From: Camelus ferus
Lineage: Eukaryota
NCBI RefSeq assembly: GCF_009834535.1
Contig: NC_045697.1
Span: forward strand, 61,444,001 to 61,508,000
Length of the DNA: 64,000 bases
Direction of reading: 5' to 3'
Shown: piece after piece, positions 25,906 to 39,975 of the stretch
How positions within the stretch are numbered: the stretch's first letter is position 1
Layout of the letters: each line of letters starts with the position of its first letter
The notes under the pieces: generated by a model
Told to the model about the DNA's origin: nothing
What the model saw: the letters and a program-made list of their open reading frames with translations, nothing else
The model's database searches: none
Translations under genes and position numbers: made by a program

Positions 25906-28879
25906 CTTAACAATTAGGATTACATTTCTATCACTGCAACTAGTACAAATCTTTATAAAACATTAAGTTATATATTTCTGAGAGTAATACATGATTACAA
26001 AGGATATTTAGGGGTTTTTTTACCCCATACTCATCTTTGCTGTTTCCTTTTCTCAGTTCTCTTGGATGGATGAGCTCAAGGAATAACTAGTTCTGTTCAT
26101 GTTCCAAGTTTATGTTATGTGTAGGCTCCTCCTAGCATATCCTTAGCAACACTAATCCAGACTGACTGATCAATGTAAGTGCTAGGTAAACAGATGCATA
26201 ACAAGGACTTCGTTTATCCATAGAATCTGTTTGAAATAACTTGATCAATAAAAATTCCTAATTTTACTTATTTGATATCTAGACCATCTTTCTTGACTTG
26301 TAATTTGTTTCAACTCAGGTTGTTCACATACTAGTAAGAGAATGAAGCAAGGTAGTTAAAGATAGCAGCAGAAGAGTATTGAAAGTGTGAGAACACTATA
26401 GCTAAGCTGGGATGGGAAGAAAGTTAATACAGAGATGACTGACAGAATGAAGATAGATCTAGAAGCCAATGAACTGGTTTTGTAATGTCAAAGAACTATT
26501 GTCTTAAGAATTGCTGATTGAGAGGGTAGGAACGACAGGAGTCTAGCAGAGTAAATGCAGGACAACTTTTATAAGTAGCCTCTATCATCACTCTGAAGCC
26601 TGATGGACTAACACAGTACATTCATGACTTTTTTATACTATCAACAAAAATAAAAAATAATTCATTCATTTATTTTCCAGACTTCCATTGTGGCCTTATT
26701 TTGTACAACTGCTAATATCTATTAACAATAAGAAAATTCGTAAGCTGTACCTGAATTTTTATTCTACATACAAAAGTTGTAAAACTTAGCTGATGTTCTG
26801 TCTTTGGAAGCTAATAAAAGTGTGATTTTTCTCACTCTTTCCTCTCCAAAGGCTAGTCATCAGGTCATTTATTTCATTATTGAATAAGAATCTTTAAGAA
26901 GTCCGTAAACAAAACATTAAGATGTAAATAAACTTACCAATGCAAATAAAAATCTATTAATTTGTTTATTACTAATGAATAGTAGGGTCAGCTTATAGAC
27001 CACCAATACCCTTTTTCTATTGTCAACTATCTATGATGACATAAATAGACTGAGAGGACCATTATCTGTGGGTGGATTGCCATTAGTAGGTGTAGTTTAT
27101 TAATTCCACAGTCTAAAAGATAACCCTAGATTTAAACTAAATATGTGGAAAACTGATACACAGACATTGAAATAACTCTAGATTACTGAATTGTACTTTA
27201 ATGTGATATTAAAAGATGTTGAGACAATTCCAAGACATTCTAAAAGTATGTTGATGGGTATATTATTCAGTTTGTTACACATAATACATGCTTATATACT
27301 AGAACCCTCAAAAACAAATTCACATTTGATTTTAAGATTAATTATAGTTGTGTCTTTCCTAAGATACTGAATTGCTCTTAAATTTATGGGTGAATTATGT
27401 GACTTACTAGATTTCCTTCTTTATATTGTCTAGAAGAAGCAGATTTGTCACCAACGGCTATCAAGAACATAGATATTCATCAAGTATTTATTAATAGCCA
27501 TATTTAGTTCAATTTATTTGCTTTTAAATTTTTTGTCACAATTACTTCTTATTTACCTGAATTTAGTCTCTTTATATCTGTTCAGAAGTCAACCAATATC
27601 GCAGTTTTGGTTTGAAATGGGGGCTTTAATTAAATAATTAATAAGTATTTGATTATAAAAGTCATATAAATATGGTTATATGAGTATACTTCATATATAT
27701 GCACACATTTATATACTGATTCTGATGATTCTTCTTAAATTGCTTCTTTCCATCTCGATGTTTCATATTTTTTGACCAAACTTAAATCAGATTAGGTAGC
27801 AATTCCATGTGATTTATACAAATTTGTTCACATTGTCCAATTTTTGCTATCTTTAAGAAATACTGGATTTCCCTTTAGCAGCAACTGTTTCATTTTTGTA
27901 GTAATTGTCTCTGTTCAAGACAATTAGGAGTGATGGGGACTTTATTACTTAATTAGCAAGGCCTGAAGAACACTGCTCCACCAGCTTAATTAAATCTATT
28001 TTAAAATGGACAATATAAACTATAGCTGGCTGTTAATGATCAATAAATCTTGTCTATTTGTTCATTTTTTTTCCTCCTAAATCTTTTCTTTTAAACCTGT
28101 GATCTTCTAGCTATTTCCTCAAAACGAAGTGAAACAACTGCAGAGAGATAGTATATCTCAAACATCCAAAAGACATTCAATACCTTCCGATTCCCTGTTC
28201 TCTATACTGCTATTATGACAATCACTTTTGAAGATAACTTTTTTTTCATTCTTGCCATTTGTCTAAGTAAAAACTGTTCCCTAAAATAATGAGTAATTCA
28301 GGAAATGGGAGCAATCCTTTATCACCTTCTTTGAAAAGAATGAATAAATTAATTATAGTGATTACAAAGTCCTTTTCTAATTCTTTAATGATTTGAACAA
28401 TTAAATAGAAATACTTCCGATGCTTTGAATAGTATTTAAATTTAACTAAATAGACCCTTTTCATTTGTGTGTTATTTGCATTGTTTTCTTTTTCTTTTAG
28501 TCCCCTTTCTCCTATATACCCAAGCTGTCTCTTATGTATCTGTGCTGACATCTTGGTTTGTCTTTGACTATATAGAAATACATATGACTTATTTGGGACA
28601 AAAAAGGAGTCGTGAGCAAAACAGAATAGCCATGCTCTTGTTTATAAAACTATGATGCTTGAAGGTGACTAAAACAGGACATAGAACAGAAAGTAGGATA
28701 GGTATCCCCACGATGAGTTAGAAATCCTTAGATACGGGGCTAAATCACTTAACAGCCAGAAAGTACTAACCAATCACTCTAGTTATTTTGTGTATAATGT
28801 TTTTGGAGAGGAGTGTCAGAGACAGCTAGCTGCTTACTGAACAGCCATTGTACATTTTTTCTCTACAAGTATAACCCTA

Positions 28880-29460
28880 AATACATAATGTAGCAATATT
28901 AATGTACACAACTGAAAACTCCATTCCTCAGCCTGTCTTGCAGGTGAGGGTGGCCGTGTGATTAAGTACTGGCCAGTAAGCTATAAGAAAAAGATTTAAA
29001 AATGACTTCCAGCAAAACTCCTTTAAAAGGCAGGATATGTCTTTTCCCTTTTCCCTTCATTTTGCCTAGAATGTATATGTGATGGCTAGAGATTCAGCAA
29101 TTCTTTTGTGACCAAATATATTTGTTCACTGCAGCATTCTAGTCCAGAACAGTGCCTAATATGGGGCTCAAAAAATTTGTCTAACACATGTATGAATGAA
29201 TAAAGCAACGAAGCAGAAAGATCTCTTCCTCAGTAGATGCCTTGTCTTCATCTCTTACTGAGATTCTTTTTGTTAAAGATTGCCATTTTTAAGGCCAGGC
29301 TTTGGGATTATTGGCTATATTTATTAGCTACGTGCCCTTTAGTAAGTCACTTACTATTCATAAACTTTGGTTTTATTATATGTAAGCTGAGATAATAATA
29401 CCTATCTTGCATGGTATAAGCTAACGACATACATCTCAATAAACAACTTCTTATTTCTTC
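28880..29460. mobile_element. MLT1 fragment, L2 tail and MIR, inside EBLL
   Basis: ttcctcagcctgtcttgcaggtgagggtggccgtgtgattaagtactggccag (MLT1); agaacagtgcctaatat...gaatgaataaa (L2 tail); gccaggctttggg...gagataataatacctatc (MIR). Confidence 0.65.
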
Positions 29461-29815
29461 TTATTTCATTACTATACAAACACTCATTTCAGAATATTAT
29501 GTAATTTTTCAAAATAAAGTATATATAAAAATAAAGATGGAAAACCTTCATTCTTTATTCTTATATTGTTTTCTATTTACAAGATAGAAACTTTAACTAG
29601 ATTATTAAAATATAGTTTCATATTAAGGATGGCACACTCAAGATTTTTCTACATGAATTCCATCAGAAAGATAAAAATGAAACAGAAGAATTCAAGGGAG
29701 GGAGGGATTTCTTTTGGCTGGGCATACCAGAAAAGGTTTCAGAAAAGTTTTCAGAAAAGAGGCAGCACAGTGGCCAGGGTCTGATGGATGGAATAAGATG
29801 GAAGAAAGGTCATAC

Positions 29816-30468
29816 TGCAACTGGTGTTTCAGGTTCTTGTCCTGTCCCAGAAAGAATTCAGAGACAAGAGACAAGACTTAGAGGTTAAAAAAAGGTAAAG
29901 TGAGGATTTATTAAAGGATGAATAGTACACTCTCAGGGGAGAGCAGGCAGGCTCAGGTGAGCAGCTGCCTTGAGTTTCCTTGGCAAGTTAGCTATATAGG
30001 GTGTAAAAATGGATGGGCGGAATATTCATTGGGGAGGGAAGGGTTTGGGGTCCTATTCCCTGATTATCATCCCAACTCCACCTTCCCAACGGGAGGAGAG
30101 ATTTTTGTCCTTACTTAGTCTGGATCAGAAGGGTCATGGCGTTGGTGTATGATGGGTACTTCTGATCTGCAAGGCTAATTTTATTGAAATGAGGGCATAA
30201 TGAGCAAAAGGTTACATTCGCACACTGAAAATTCCTGCCTTTTCTCACCTTTCTTTGTTCTTCTCCAGACCACTTGTCATCCCAAAAGGCATGATCCCTT
30301 ATCAGCCCCAAGGTTCCTGCTTTTCTTTCTCTGCCCAAGGACGCCTGCTGCTTACATGATGTGTGGTTTCCTGCATTTGGCTTGTGCCCCACCTTTCTGC
30401 CCAATTTCTGCCATTTGGTCTGTGTCCCCCTTTCTCTGCTCATATCTAGCTATCTGCCTGCTCTGACA
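29816..30468 (-). mobile_element. Intact solo LTR (ERV class I-like), 653 bp, with 4-bp TSD
   Basis: TG...CA termini; ATAC duplicated at 29812-29815 and 30469-30472; minus-strand TATA (plus gctatatagg ~29991) and AATAAA (plus tttatt ~29907); higher GC and CpG than flanks. Confidence 0.9.
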
Positions 30469-32629
30469 ATACCAGCTGACAGAACAGCATAAGACATAGA
30501 AATAGAAAATGTGTTCAGGTGGCAATCGATTTGTTTTGACTGGAAAGTAAGAAATGTAAAAGGAGTATTAGAATATGAGGATTGAAAGGCATCAAGATAT
30601 AGCTTAGCTGGAAAAATAATAGTTAACTTTCTGAAAAGGAAGATGCTGTGTACAACTATGTTCACATTCTTTACTTTGTAGGAAGATGAGTTTCTGGAAG
30701 TGGGAGGGAAGACTGAATCAGAACTACTTCAAAGCACTGTGATGCTGCCCCTGTGATGATGCAATCTCAGTGTCTTTCACTGACACATGTTCATCCTTTT
30801 CGCCAATCACCTGAATTCATGACAGATTCCAACTACTTATTCTACTAGCCCGAGGTGCAGAGATATTTCTGATGCCTTTCATAATGCTTCTAGAAACCCC
30901 TGTTCTCTTTACCTTCTGTCCACTCTCTGGACAAGAAATGTGCTTCCTACCATGATTAAAGGCCTATTTAACATCTCACTTTATATACTTCTTTTGATTC
31001 TTTTTAATAGTCCAACCCTATCATTTGAACATCTTGTGGCAGATATGATGGGTCAAACAGTTTACCAGGCCATGTCAGATTCAACAGCAGATACTGCAGA
31101 ACACACATAAAAGGGAGGGTATATTGGCTGGGAGAGTGTTAGCCCAGCCAAAGTAAAACAGAAACAGGAACAGAAAAGAAAAACCTGATTTCAAGATATT
31201 AAATTTTTCCTCCAGAATTGTATTTTTTTCTTTCAAAACCTTCTTACCCATTTCACAAAGTAAAATCTTGCCTTATCCAAGAAAGTTTGGATTTTATTGT
31301 GACATTTAATTACTCTATTGTTAAAAGGAGGAAAAAAAGGAAAGAAAAGAAAAAAAAAAAGGCATTACATAAGCCAGTGGCCCACAACTCTTCTGATTCT
31401 CTTTTGATAATGCATCCGACAACCAGAATAATGCACGTGGAAATACTCTTCCCAGCACTCAGTCTGCTTCTTCGTCAACTTCAATGGCAAGGTTCACTGA
31501 ATGGTCTCATTGTCTACAAGCAGCTCCAGAGGCCCTTAAAACTCACCAGTCAGGCTGGGAGAATCAGTAGATATTTGGCCTTTTATCACAGGATGGATCC
31601 ACAGACTGACACACCAATTAAACTAGGTAGAGTAGGAGGAATGAAGTAACTTGAACAAATCTCATCGGTTAATGACATTCCAGCCTTCAGCTGTTCTAAG
31701 TTTTTGAAATGTCAAACACTGAGAAATCTTTTTTGAGTATCTCGTTCACTGGTGGAGTCAGGTAGCCTCAAACATGATGCAAATTGCTCCTGGGGCGTGG
31801 CATGGAGCAGTCTACCTCCTGCTTTTCATACATTTTGTGGAACTAGTTGATCAAATCACCAGACTCGGTACATCAGAAGGCAGTCATAACTCTTCTGAGA
31901 ATATGTGAAAGTCAAAATTAGAATCAATTATGGATTAAAAATGCAGTGGAATCTTTAATCTGCCTTAGATACAAGTAGCAACATCTAAGGGTAGTCTTCA
32001 TCATGCTTGAGACACTTGAGAGGATTCAAAGTCTGAGAGGATTCAGTTTATTTATATCTAAATGCAATTTGGAATGATTCATAAATTAGTGAATACTGAA
32101 GATTAACAGACCCCTAATTAAAAATGTTTTGTTGGTGTGATGAACAGTGCTTTCTTTCATGAAACAAGATACAGGAATACTCTGAAATGTTTTCTCTGCT
32201 TTTTTCACTTTTACCACCCTCTTTTTCATGTGGTTGCTGTAAATGCCAACTCTCTCACGCCAGTATGCTGCCATCTTACCAAGACTCTTTCTGTGAAAAG
32301 ACTGTTTTCAATTATTGAGATTAGATTTCTAAGTTCTTAATAGCAAACATACTAAATGTTGTTAGCTGAATCTACAGCTAAATCTACCTACTCTATTTTC
32401 TACTCTCAATCAATAACTGTTTTTGCCTGCATACCAGTGGAGGGTTTGTTTGTTTATTTGGTGGCATACTTTCATCAGAAATGTAGAAAAGAGATGCTTA
32501 TTTCAAGGAAACCGGTAACACTTTCCTGGAAGTATTTGATTTTTTGTCTTAATTTTGGTGATTGACAGAAAAGATATCCTAAATGGCAGAATAAGCAGAA
32601 TAAACATTCAAAAACGTTGGCATCATCCA

Positions 32630-32830
32630 AACATGGGTTTAAACCCTGGTTTCACTGTGTACTATTTGTGTAACTTTGGGTGAGACTCTGAGTCTCAGCT
32701 TCCTCATTTGCAAAAGGACATTATCTACATTGTAAAATTGTAAGGAAAATTTGAAAAGATAGTATATTTAATGGTTTTCATGCCATGACACATACACAGG
32801 AGATACTCAACAAAAGACAGCATACAACAA
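32630..32830 (+). mobile_element. MIR inside EBLL
   Basis: catgggtttaaaccctgg...tgtgtaactttggg...ctgagtctcagcttcctcatttgcaaaa is a MIR core. Confidence 0.8.
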
Positions 32831-33500
32831 ATAAATTATTGCCAGTCTTCATTTCTGCCGGTAGAGCTGTAAAAACATCAGGAAGCTCACAATCTAATTC
32901 TGACAGTGTAGCCTTCTCAAATTAACAGAAACCATCTCCATCCAAACATTTGCCATAATATATGACAAAGGATCTCCTAAGTTGGGTCACACATAGAAGG
33001 TCCTGAGACATGCTAGTGTCCCAACAAGCTCAGACTTTGATCTGATAGATCCAAAGAGAAACTACTGATATTGGGCTTCTAAAATTGTGGTGATGAGGAG
33101 CAGAACAAAACAGAAGCTTAAATGTTTGGCAAGATGATACCATGAGAAAACCTGCCTCCCTCTACACTGACCACTTTCCCTTTAAATATGACCTCTGTTT
33201 CATGAATTAGGCATACTGACACTGAAGGAAGAAATGTGAAAAGCCATCCAAGGAAGAAAGTATGAGACAATAAAGATAGCCTATTTTCTCAGTTACCTTC
33301 AACTGAATGCAGCCAAATGAAAGTTATGAGATTCCTTTAATTAGTTTTGGAAATCCATGCTTGCAATTTAGTGGAGGGAGATGCTGGTCTGCCCTACTAC
33401 AATTTTCTTTGACTTGATATTAAAGCCACTGTTTCTGCCCTTTAATGTTCTACAGCATTTTCCCTTTTCTAATCTGTCACTTCAATTTTTCCAAAGTATG

Positions 33501-34350
33501 CTTTTTTTTCTTTGCAATTATACTGAGGTATAATTGACATACAGTACTGTGTAAGTTTTAAGGTGTACAGCACAGTGATTTGACTTACATATACAGTTTA
33601 GAGAACATCTATCATCTCATATAGATACAGAATTAAAGAAATAGGAAAAAGTTTTTGTGATGATAACACAATATTTACTCTCTTAAAGCTTTTATATATA
33701 ACATACAGCACTGTTAATCATATTTATCATGTTGTACATTACCTCCCTAGCACTTACTTGTCTTGTAACTGGAAGTTTGTTCCTTTTGACTTCTTTCATC
33801 TAATCCCTCTTCTCCTACTCCCTTACCTCTGATCCCTCACAAGTCTGATCTCTTTCACATGAGTTCGTTTGTTGGTTTTTGAAGTATAAATGACCTACAG
33901 AATTGTGTTAGTTCCTGTTATACAACAGTGATTTGGTATTTCTATACATTTCAAAATGATCACCACAGTCAGTCCAGTTATGATATGTCACCATACAAAG
34001 ATATTACACAGTTAGTTATTGACTTCATTCTCCACCCTGTGTATTTCATACCCATGACTCATTTATTTTGCAACTGGAAGTTTATACCTTTTCCTGTCTC
34101 TCACCTATTTCCTTCCTCTCCCTTCTCCCCCAACCCCTCTGGCAACCACCTGCTTATTCTCTGTATCTGCAACTCTGTTTCTGTTTAGTTATGTTTGTAC
34201 ATTTGTTTTATTGTTTAGATTCCACATATAAGTAAGATAATATGGTATCTGTCTTTCTCTGTCTGACTTATTTCATTCAGCATTATACCCACTAGGTATA
34301 TCCATGTTGACACAAATGGCAAGATTTCACACTTTTTATGGCTGAGTTTA
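33501..34350 (-). mobile_element. L1 3' UTR (L1MA9-like or lineage-specific), inside EBLL
   Basis: T-tract followed by gaggtataattgacatacag...ggcaaccacc...ttagattccacatataagt...gtctgacttatttca. Confidence 0.85.
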
Positions 34351-34379
34351 TACATAAACACACATCTATATGAAATAGC

Positions 34380-34760
34380 CCACATGTCCCAGCTTTCTTA
34401 TAGCCATGGGTGGCCAATGAGCTTCAAGTAGAAGCCTCCCAGAGATTTCTGGGAATGTTTCACCTTCCAAACGTATTAGTGTCCTTCCTTCTTATTCCTT
34501 CCTTCTTCTTCCTGTCTGAAAATTGGGTGGAAATCTGTAAATTGGGTAGCTTCTTTGAGATTATGAGACAATCAGGAGAGTTAAATGACAGGCTTTGGAC
34601 GATGGGGTGAAAAGACAGTAGGAGCTTAAAATGTTGATTTTTAAGGCTCCCATATCATCACTGTATCACTTGTCCTTAGACTTTTATTTATCTAAGAAAC
34701 ATAAGCTTTTATTTGGTTAAACTGCTATAGTCAAGCTTTTGATGATTGCAGGGGATATAC
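34380..34760 (+). mobile_element. MLT1-type LTR fragment
   Basis: tggccaatgag...aagtagaag and aagcttttatttggttaaactgcta motifs. Confidence 0.55.
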
Positions 34761-35556
34761 TATCTGAAAAGATTCTCTTTTTTTAAATAAGAAATGTTTA
34801 CAATCTACATATATAGATTTAAAATATAAATATATATGATTTATTAATATAGATCTCTGTTTCAACACTGTTTGGCTTAGGATAAGTAGTTTTAATTATC
34901 AGGATCTTAGCATCCAAGAGTGAGCTAGTTAAGTAATATTTAAGTGATTTTTTTTCCTTCTAAAGTTCTAGAATTCCATGAAATGTCCAAATGTAACTGA
35001 AAAATAAGTACTTCTTAACTTGTACCTGCTCTGTAAATTGAATCAGTCATATCTGAGAGAAGAAACTGAAAATGTTTTAGAGAGATAGCCAAGGATTTGA
35101 CCTTGTATAAGCTGGGTGAATTTGGGACAGGACCTCATACACTCAACAACTGGAAGCCAAGTAGAACATATTTCTAATTACAGATAACACAATACAAAAA
35201 TATTATGTTTAAGTGAGTTTAAGATAAAAAATTAGGACAGAGTTCTGGAGGGTAATACGAGTTCTGGAGGTATTTATTATCATATAAAAGAAAGAGGCAG
35301 GATACTAGAAGCACTTCTCCCATTTGAAGCTGAAGTTGCTACGTGCTATACTGGTCACACTGTGGTAGAAGATGCTAATACTTACTTCAAATATTTATCA
35401 TTTATTGGGAAAAGATTAATTTAAGTTGTACTGCCTGCAAATCACTGGGGAAAATACAAAGGTATGCAGAGAGAAATAACAACATGTTCAGGAAACTCTG
35501 AATCCACCAGATAAGGAAGCTTCATAAATAACCATAAAATAGCTTGAAATGGTATA

Positions 35557-35660
35557 AGGGTGACCATGCATTTGGTTTACCTAGGATTAATTCTGTTGTC
35601 CTGGCTTAATTGTTCACATTGTTCCCTTCCATACTTAAAAGTATTTAACAATGGTTACAC
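35557..35660. mobile_element. Short hAT-Blackjack-like MITE (MER81/MER94-like)
   Basis: agggtgaccat at the left end and degenerate atggttacac at the right end. Confidence 0.5.
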
Positions 35661-37199
35661 AGGTTTGAAGTAAATTTTATTTTATATATTTATCAATCCA
35701 ACATGCTGATTTTTATCCTTCCTGCCTTTTGCAATAATACAGGAACAAAATTTTAAGTCTCCAAATGTGTCCTTATGCTCATTAATCTACCAACTTGCTT
35801 CCTTTCCATATCATCTAGTCATTAGCAACACAAAAGAAATCTAAACAAAATCTGAAGAAGCGGTATTTTCAAGGATAGTGACATAAATGGTACATTATAG
35901 CACCTTTAGAAAATACATTGAATTAGAATAAGTAAAAAAAAAAAAAAGAGTAAATTCAAAGCACAAAATGAACCTGTAGGGCATACATGAGAATTATTAA
36001 TAGAGGAGAGATTAAGAGCATCCTCTTTGCCTAAGGAAAGATGCTGTTAATGTGTTCTCTGATTGTAAAAGATAAAACTTTGCTCCCATTATAAGTGACA
36101 TTTACCAAATGAAATGGTAATATCCTATTTTACATTATTAGCTGTAGTATTAGTTCTTCTGGCCAGAGTTGACACCCAGAAGACACCTAACAGGGGATGA
36201 TGATGAAAAAATAACCACATTAAAGCTACGTATGATGGCACTGAAAGTGTAGCACACAGTGGGAGGTATCTAACTGATCTGTGGTTTTCGGGCTTATTCT
36301 TCCCCACAGGAAGCAGTTTAGGGTCACTTACGGACTTTTATGATTGGTTTTAGCTTTTTTCTTTTCTGATTGTGATAAAGAATAAAAATGCTTTTCATAT
36401 CCTTAGCACCCACTGGAGAAATCATCTTCTTTCCTAATAGTAATAGGAAGTGCTGTAATTAAAAGCAGAGATTTTATTCCTTCCCAATAATCTGACTTCG
36501 CATAAATCCCCTGTAGTAAAACCATTTATCTATGGTTTGTTGAGAGATAATTATAAATAGACTTTAAAAAGCAGTTTTGGTTAATAAAGCAGCACTACAA
36601 ATTGAGCAGGATTAATCAATTCCATTATTCTGTACTTCAAAATAAATGAGGAGGGGCAAGACAACAGAGCAAGGAGACTCCCATTTTCTACTGAAGTAAG
36701 CCATCCTGCTTTAATCACTGTTACCCAAAGTGAACTAAAGAGATTTATAAATCACTTATTAATGCTGAAAAGAAAAAAAAAAGTTCCCAGGTATAGACAG
36801 AAATTATTAAAATATTACCAAAAAAGTATAATTTTATGGGTTTAATGAAAGATTTACTGGGAGTAGAAATTTGATTGAAAGGCTGGTTAAAAACAAATCA
36901 TAAAATAAAATCCTCCTTCTCCATCTGTTCTTGAGGTTCTTGTCTCTCAATACTTAGAGAAGATTTCAAGTTTCCAAAGGTGACATTTAAAAGTGGCAAA
37001 GTGAGAATTTTTACCCTTATCTTTCTGGTACCTCAATGATGAGGTCAATCCTCTTCTTTGCCAACCTAAGTCCTTAGGACCATTTCAATTTCACATGATT
37101 ATCTGGTTAACTTAATCAGTGTCCCAATATCACTGTTCCTTAACTACAGAACTCAGAACAATTCACCTTTAAGGTAAGGAAAGACTCTTAGGACCCCAC

Positions 37200-39975
37200 A
37201 ATAGGATTCTCTATCTCTTGGACATTCTTTACATTTGAAATCTTGACCTTCTGATTTTCACTTTCTGGCTATAGCCGTCTCTTCTTTTACATCCACTAAG
37301 GATATGCTCCAAATGCACCAATTACTCAATAATTTTTAATTACCATTTCTCTTGACCCTAATCTATACCTTCAAAATCCCTGTCTATGTTTCATCCAGAC
37401 CCACTGGTTAATGACCTCAAATAATTCCTAATTCTTACCTAGCATAATTTGGTTGAAAGAGCGCTAGATATAAAGGCATATGCAGGTTAAAATTCTGTTT
37501 CTGCCATTTAGAACTTGTGACCTTCTCTAAGGCACTATGATTTCTCAGCTTTAGTTTCTTCTTCAGTAAAATGGAAGTAATGTCTACCTCTAAACATTTT
37601 GTGATGATTAAATAAGGTAATGTGTGTAAAGTTGATCAGTAGATATAGAAGCTAAATAAAGATTAATTCCTCCTTCTTTTTTTTCGTTTCTTTGTCCTTA
37701 TGAAGAATTCCTACCCCAAGACCTAGCCAACTAACATGTACACTTCTACAACTATGCTATTAAACTGTGACTGTGAAAATACCATATCTGGCCTCAATTA
37801 AACAACTGCAGTAAAGTTTGAAATTCCTTTTACAGCTCTCTATAGGCTGTTCCCTTTAGTGCCCCTTCTTTTGGTTATTCTAAGTCCTTATTATATGTGT
37901 ACAACTCCATCTCAGTCTGCTATTCTCAGTCCCAGCAAATTATCTCGCATCCTCCTCCTCTGAGAATCTAATAGGCTATGAAACATAAACTACATCAACT
38001 TCTCTCCTACCACATTCAAACTCATCTATCTACTATCTACCAACCTACTATTTCCCCCATACCTATTCCTCTTCTTTATGTCTCAAAAGAGATGTCTCAC
38101 CTCACCGCCAAGACAGACAGCTCCATCCATGTTAATTATCTCATTCCCCTCCTGTTCCATTGGGGACCCTACTTTATTGATGATACCCTCTTTTTGTTGG
38201 AGTTTGTACTTTTCTTCTCAGCATATTGAACATATTTATTATTTTCTATTTAAAGATATTTTCTTGGTCATATATTTCTCCCAGAACATAATCCTTGCTC
38301 TGTAATTCAGCTTACTGCCCAAGTCCTTGAAAGAACAGACTGTATTTATTTTTTTCATTTTCTCACTTCCCAATCCCTTCTTAACCCACAGAGATAACTT
38401 CTGCCTTCATTATTTAATAAAATAAATTTTTATATTATAGCTAGGCCCTTCATAAGTTCAGAATCTAGTGAGCATTTAAAATTCATTATTTTGCTTTATC
38501 TCTCAGAAGTATTTGCCACTGTCGTCTTCTTAAGAATTTTTTTCCCCTCTTGATCTCAGAATATCATTCTCTTCCTAACTCTATTAACAATTCCCTCTTT
38601 TCCCTTCATTTTACCCCACATCTTTACACAGCCTTGAAATACTTTGTTTCCTAATTTCTTTGATCTTCTTTGGTTTTCTCTTACTGTAGACATTTCCCTC
38701 TCAAGGTCATATTCATGCTCATGAAATCAATGGCCAAATAAAATTTGAGAATATTCATATTTGCATTTTGCCCTGTACTGATGCTTGAGCTACCAGATAA
38801 ATATCTACATATCTAGATATCTACAAATGGACATTCTCTTCTAAATTAAAGGATCTCCATTAATCCAGTATCCAATATAAACACTTGACATAACTCTCTA
38901 AGTAGATAATGTCTATCCATGTTAGAGTGTGAGTCCAAGCAACTAGGGAGAGATTAGCAGTACTGTCTCCAGGCATTCAAGAGGAAAATAAAGGTGAGCC
39001 TAGGTTCAAATGAATACCCTAAGTCAAAGCTAAGAAAATAAAATAAAATAAAACACACCTGGAAAAATTACCCAGAAAATTCCTGAGTGATAGTTTATAA
39101 TAGTATGGGAATGTCCATGGTTTGTGGTTGATACTGACTGCCAAACTATTCAGGGGTAGACCATGTTGACCTAAAGGCAGAATCAGTGAACACTGGTCCT
39201 TGATTCATCAGTTTCTAACATTTTTATATAAAACCAATCCAATTACCAAATCAACTTACTCCCACCACCTAAACATATCTCAGACTAATTCTCTTATCTC
39301 CATCCCATTGTCACTGCTTCAGTTCAGGTCATCATCATTTGTCACATTCACTATTGCAAAAGCCAGCTAATCAGTCTTTCTTGGTCCCAATGCTACCGAT
39401 CTGTTTCAAGTCTAATGAATCTTCCGCATTGCCTTCAGAATGATCTTTCTACATGAACCTGGTCAAGTTACACTATTGCTGTAAAAGTCCTCTGCTAAAA
39501 AGTTAAAATCGATATCCCTTAGCATGCTGAACAAGAATATTCACAAACTTGCCCCTGCCCATTTTCTAGGCTTAGCTCCAACTGCTTTGGTCAATCGTGT
39601 TCCTTTTTACTCACCATGACATTCTTTCACACCTCTGTATTCCCTGCTGGGCCTGACTGTTATGTCCTAAAATCCATGTTTTCACCCAGTGAAATAGCAG
39701 TGATTCTTTAAATTTTAACTGAAATAAATTTTAACTATCTTTGTCATAGTTGCCTGTAATGTGCTGCAAGTGGCATAAATTAATATTGCCAGAATTACCT
39801 AAGTATCATATCCTAAGATTCTGTGATCTACTTGAGGTTGGGTAACACACTTATTTACATGTGCATGCCCCATATTCTGATGTGTGCCTAACACCAAAAA
39901 GTGCTCAAAAATATCTGTAGTTGAACTGTTTGGATGGATGGATGGATGGATGGGTGGGTGGGTGAATAGATGAAT
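37200..39975 (+). mobile_element. Long degenerate L2 with nested MIR (about 37445-37670), inside EBLL
   Basis: Pyrimidine-rich L2 body (ctccatcccattgtcactgcttcagttcaggtcatcatcatt...ctattgcaaaagc) ending in an L2 tail (gtgctcaaaaatatctgtagttgaa) and a (tgga)n run. Confidence 0.75.

Noticed and set aside
31218..31649. Longest ORF in the track (143 aa, plus strand)
   Set aside because: It includes a low-complexity A-tract and is antisense to the L fragment; no evidence it is a gene.
32016..35270. Short direct repeats (tgagaggattca twice at ~32017-32049; gagttctggagg twice at ~35240-35270) as array-like structure
   Set aside because: Only two copies each, consistent with local micro-duplications; nothing CRISPR-like.
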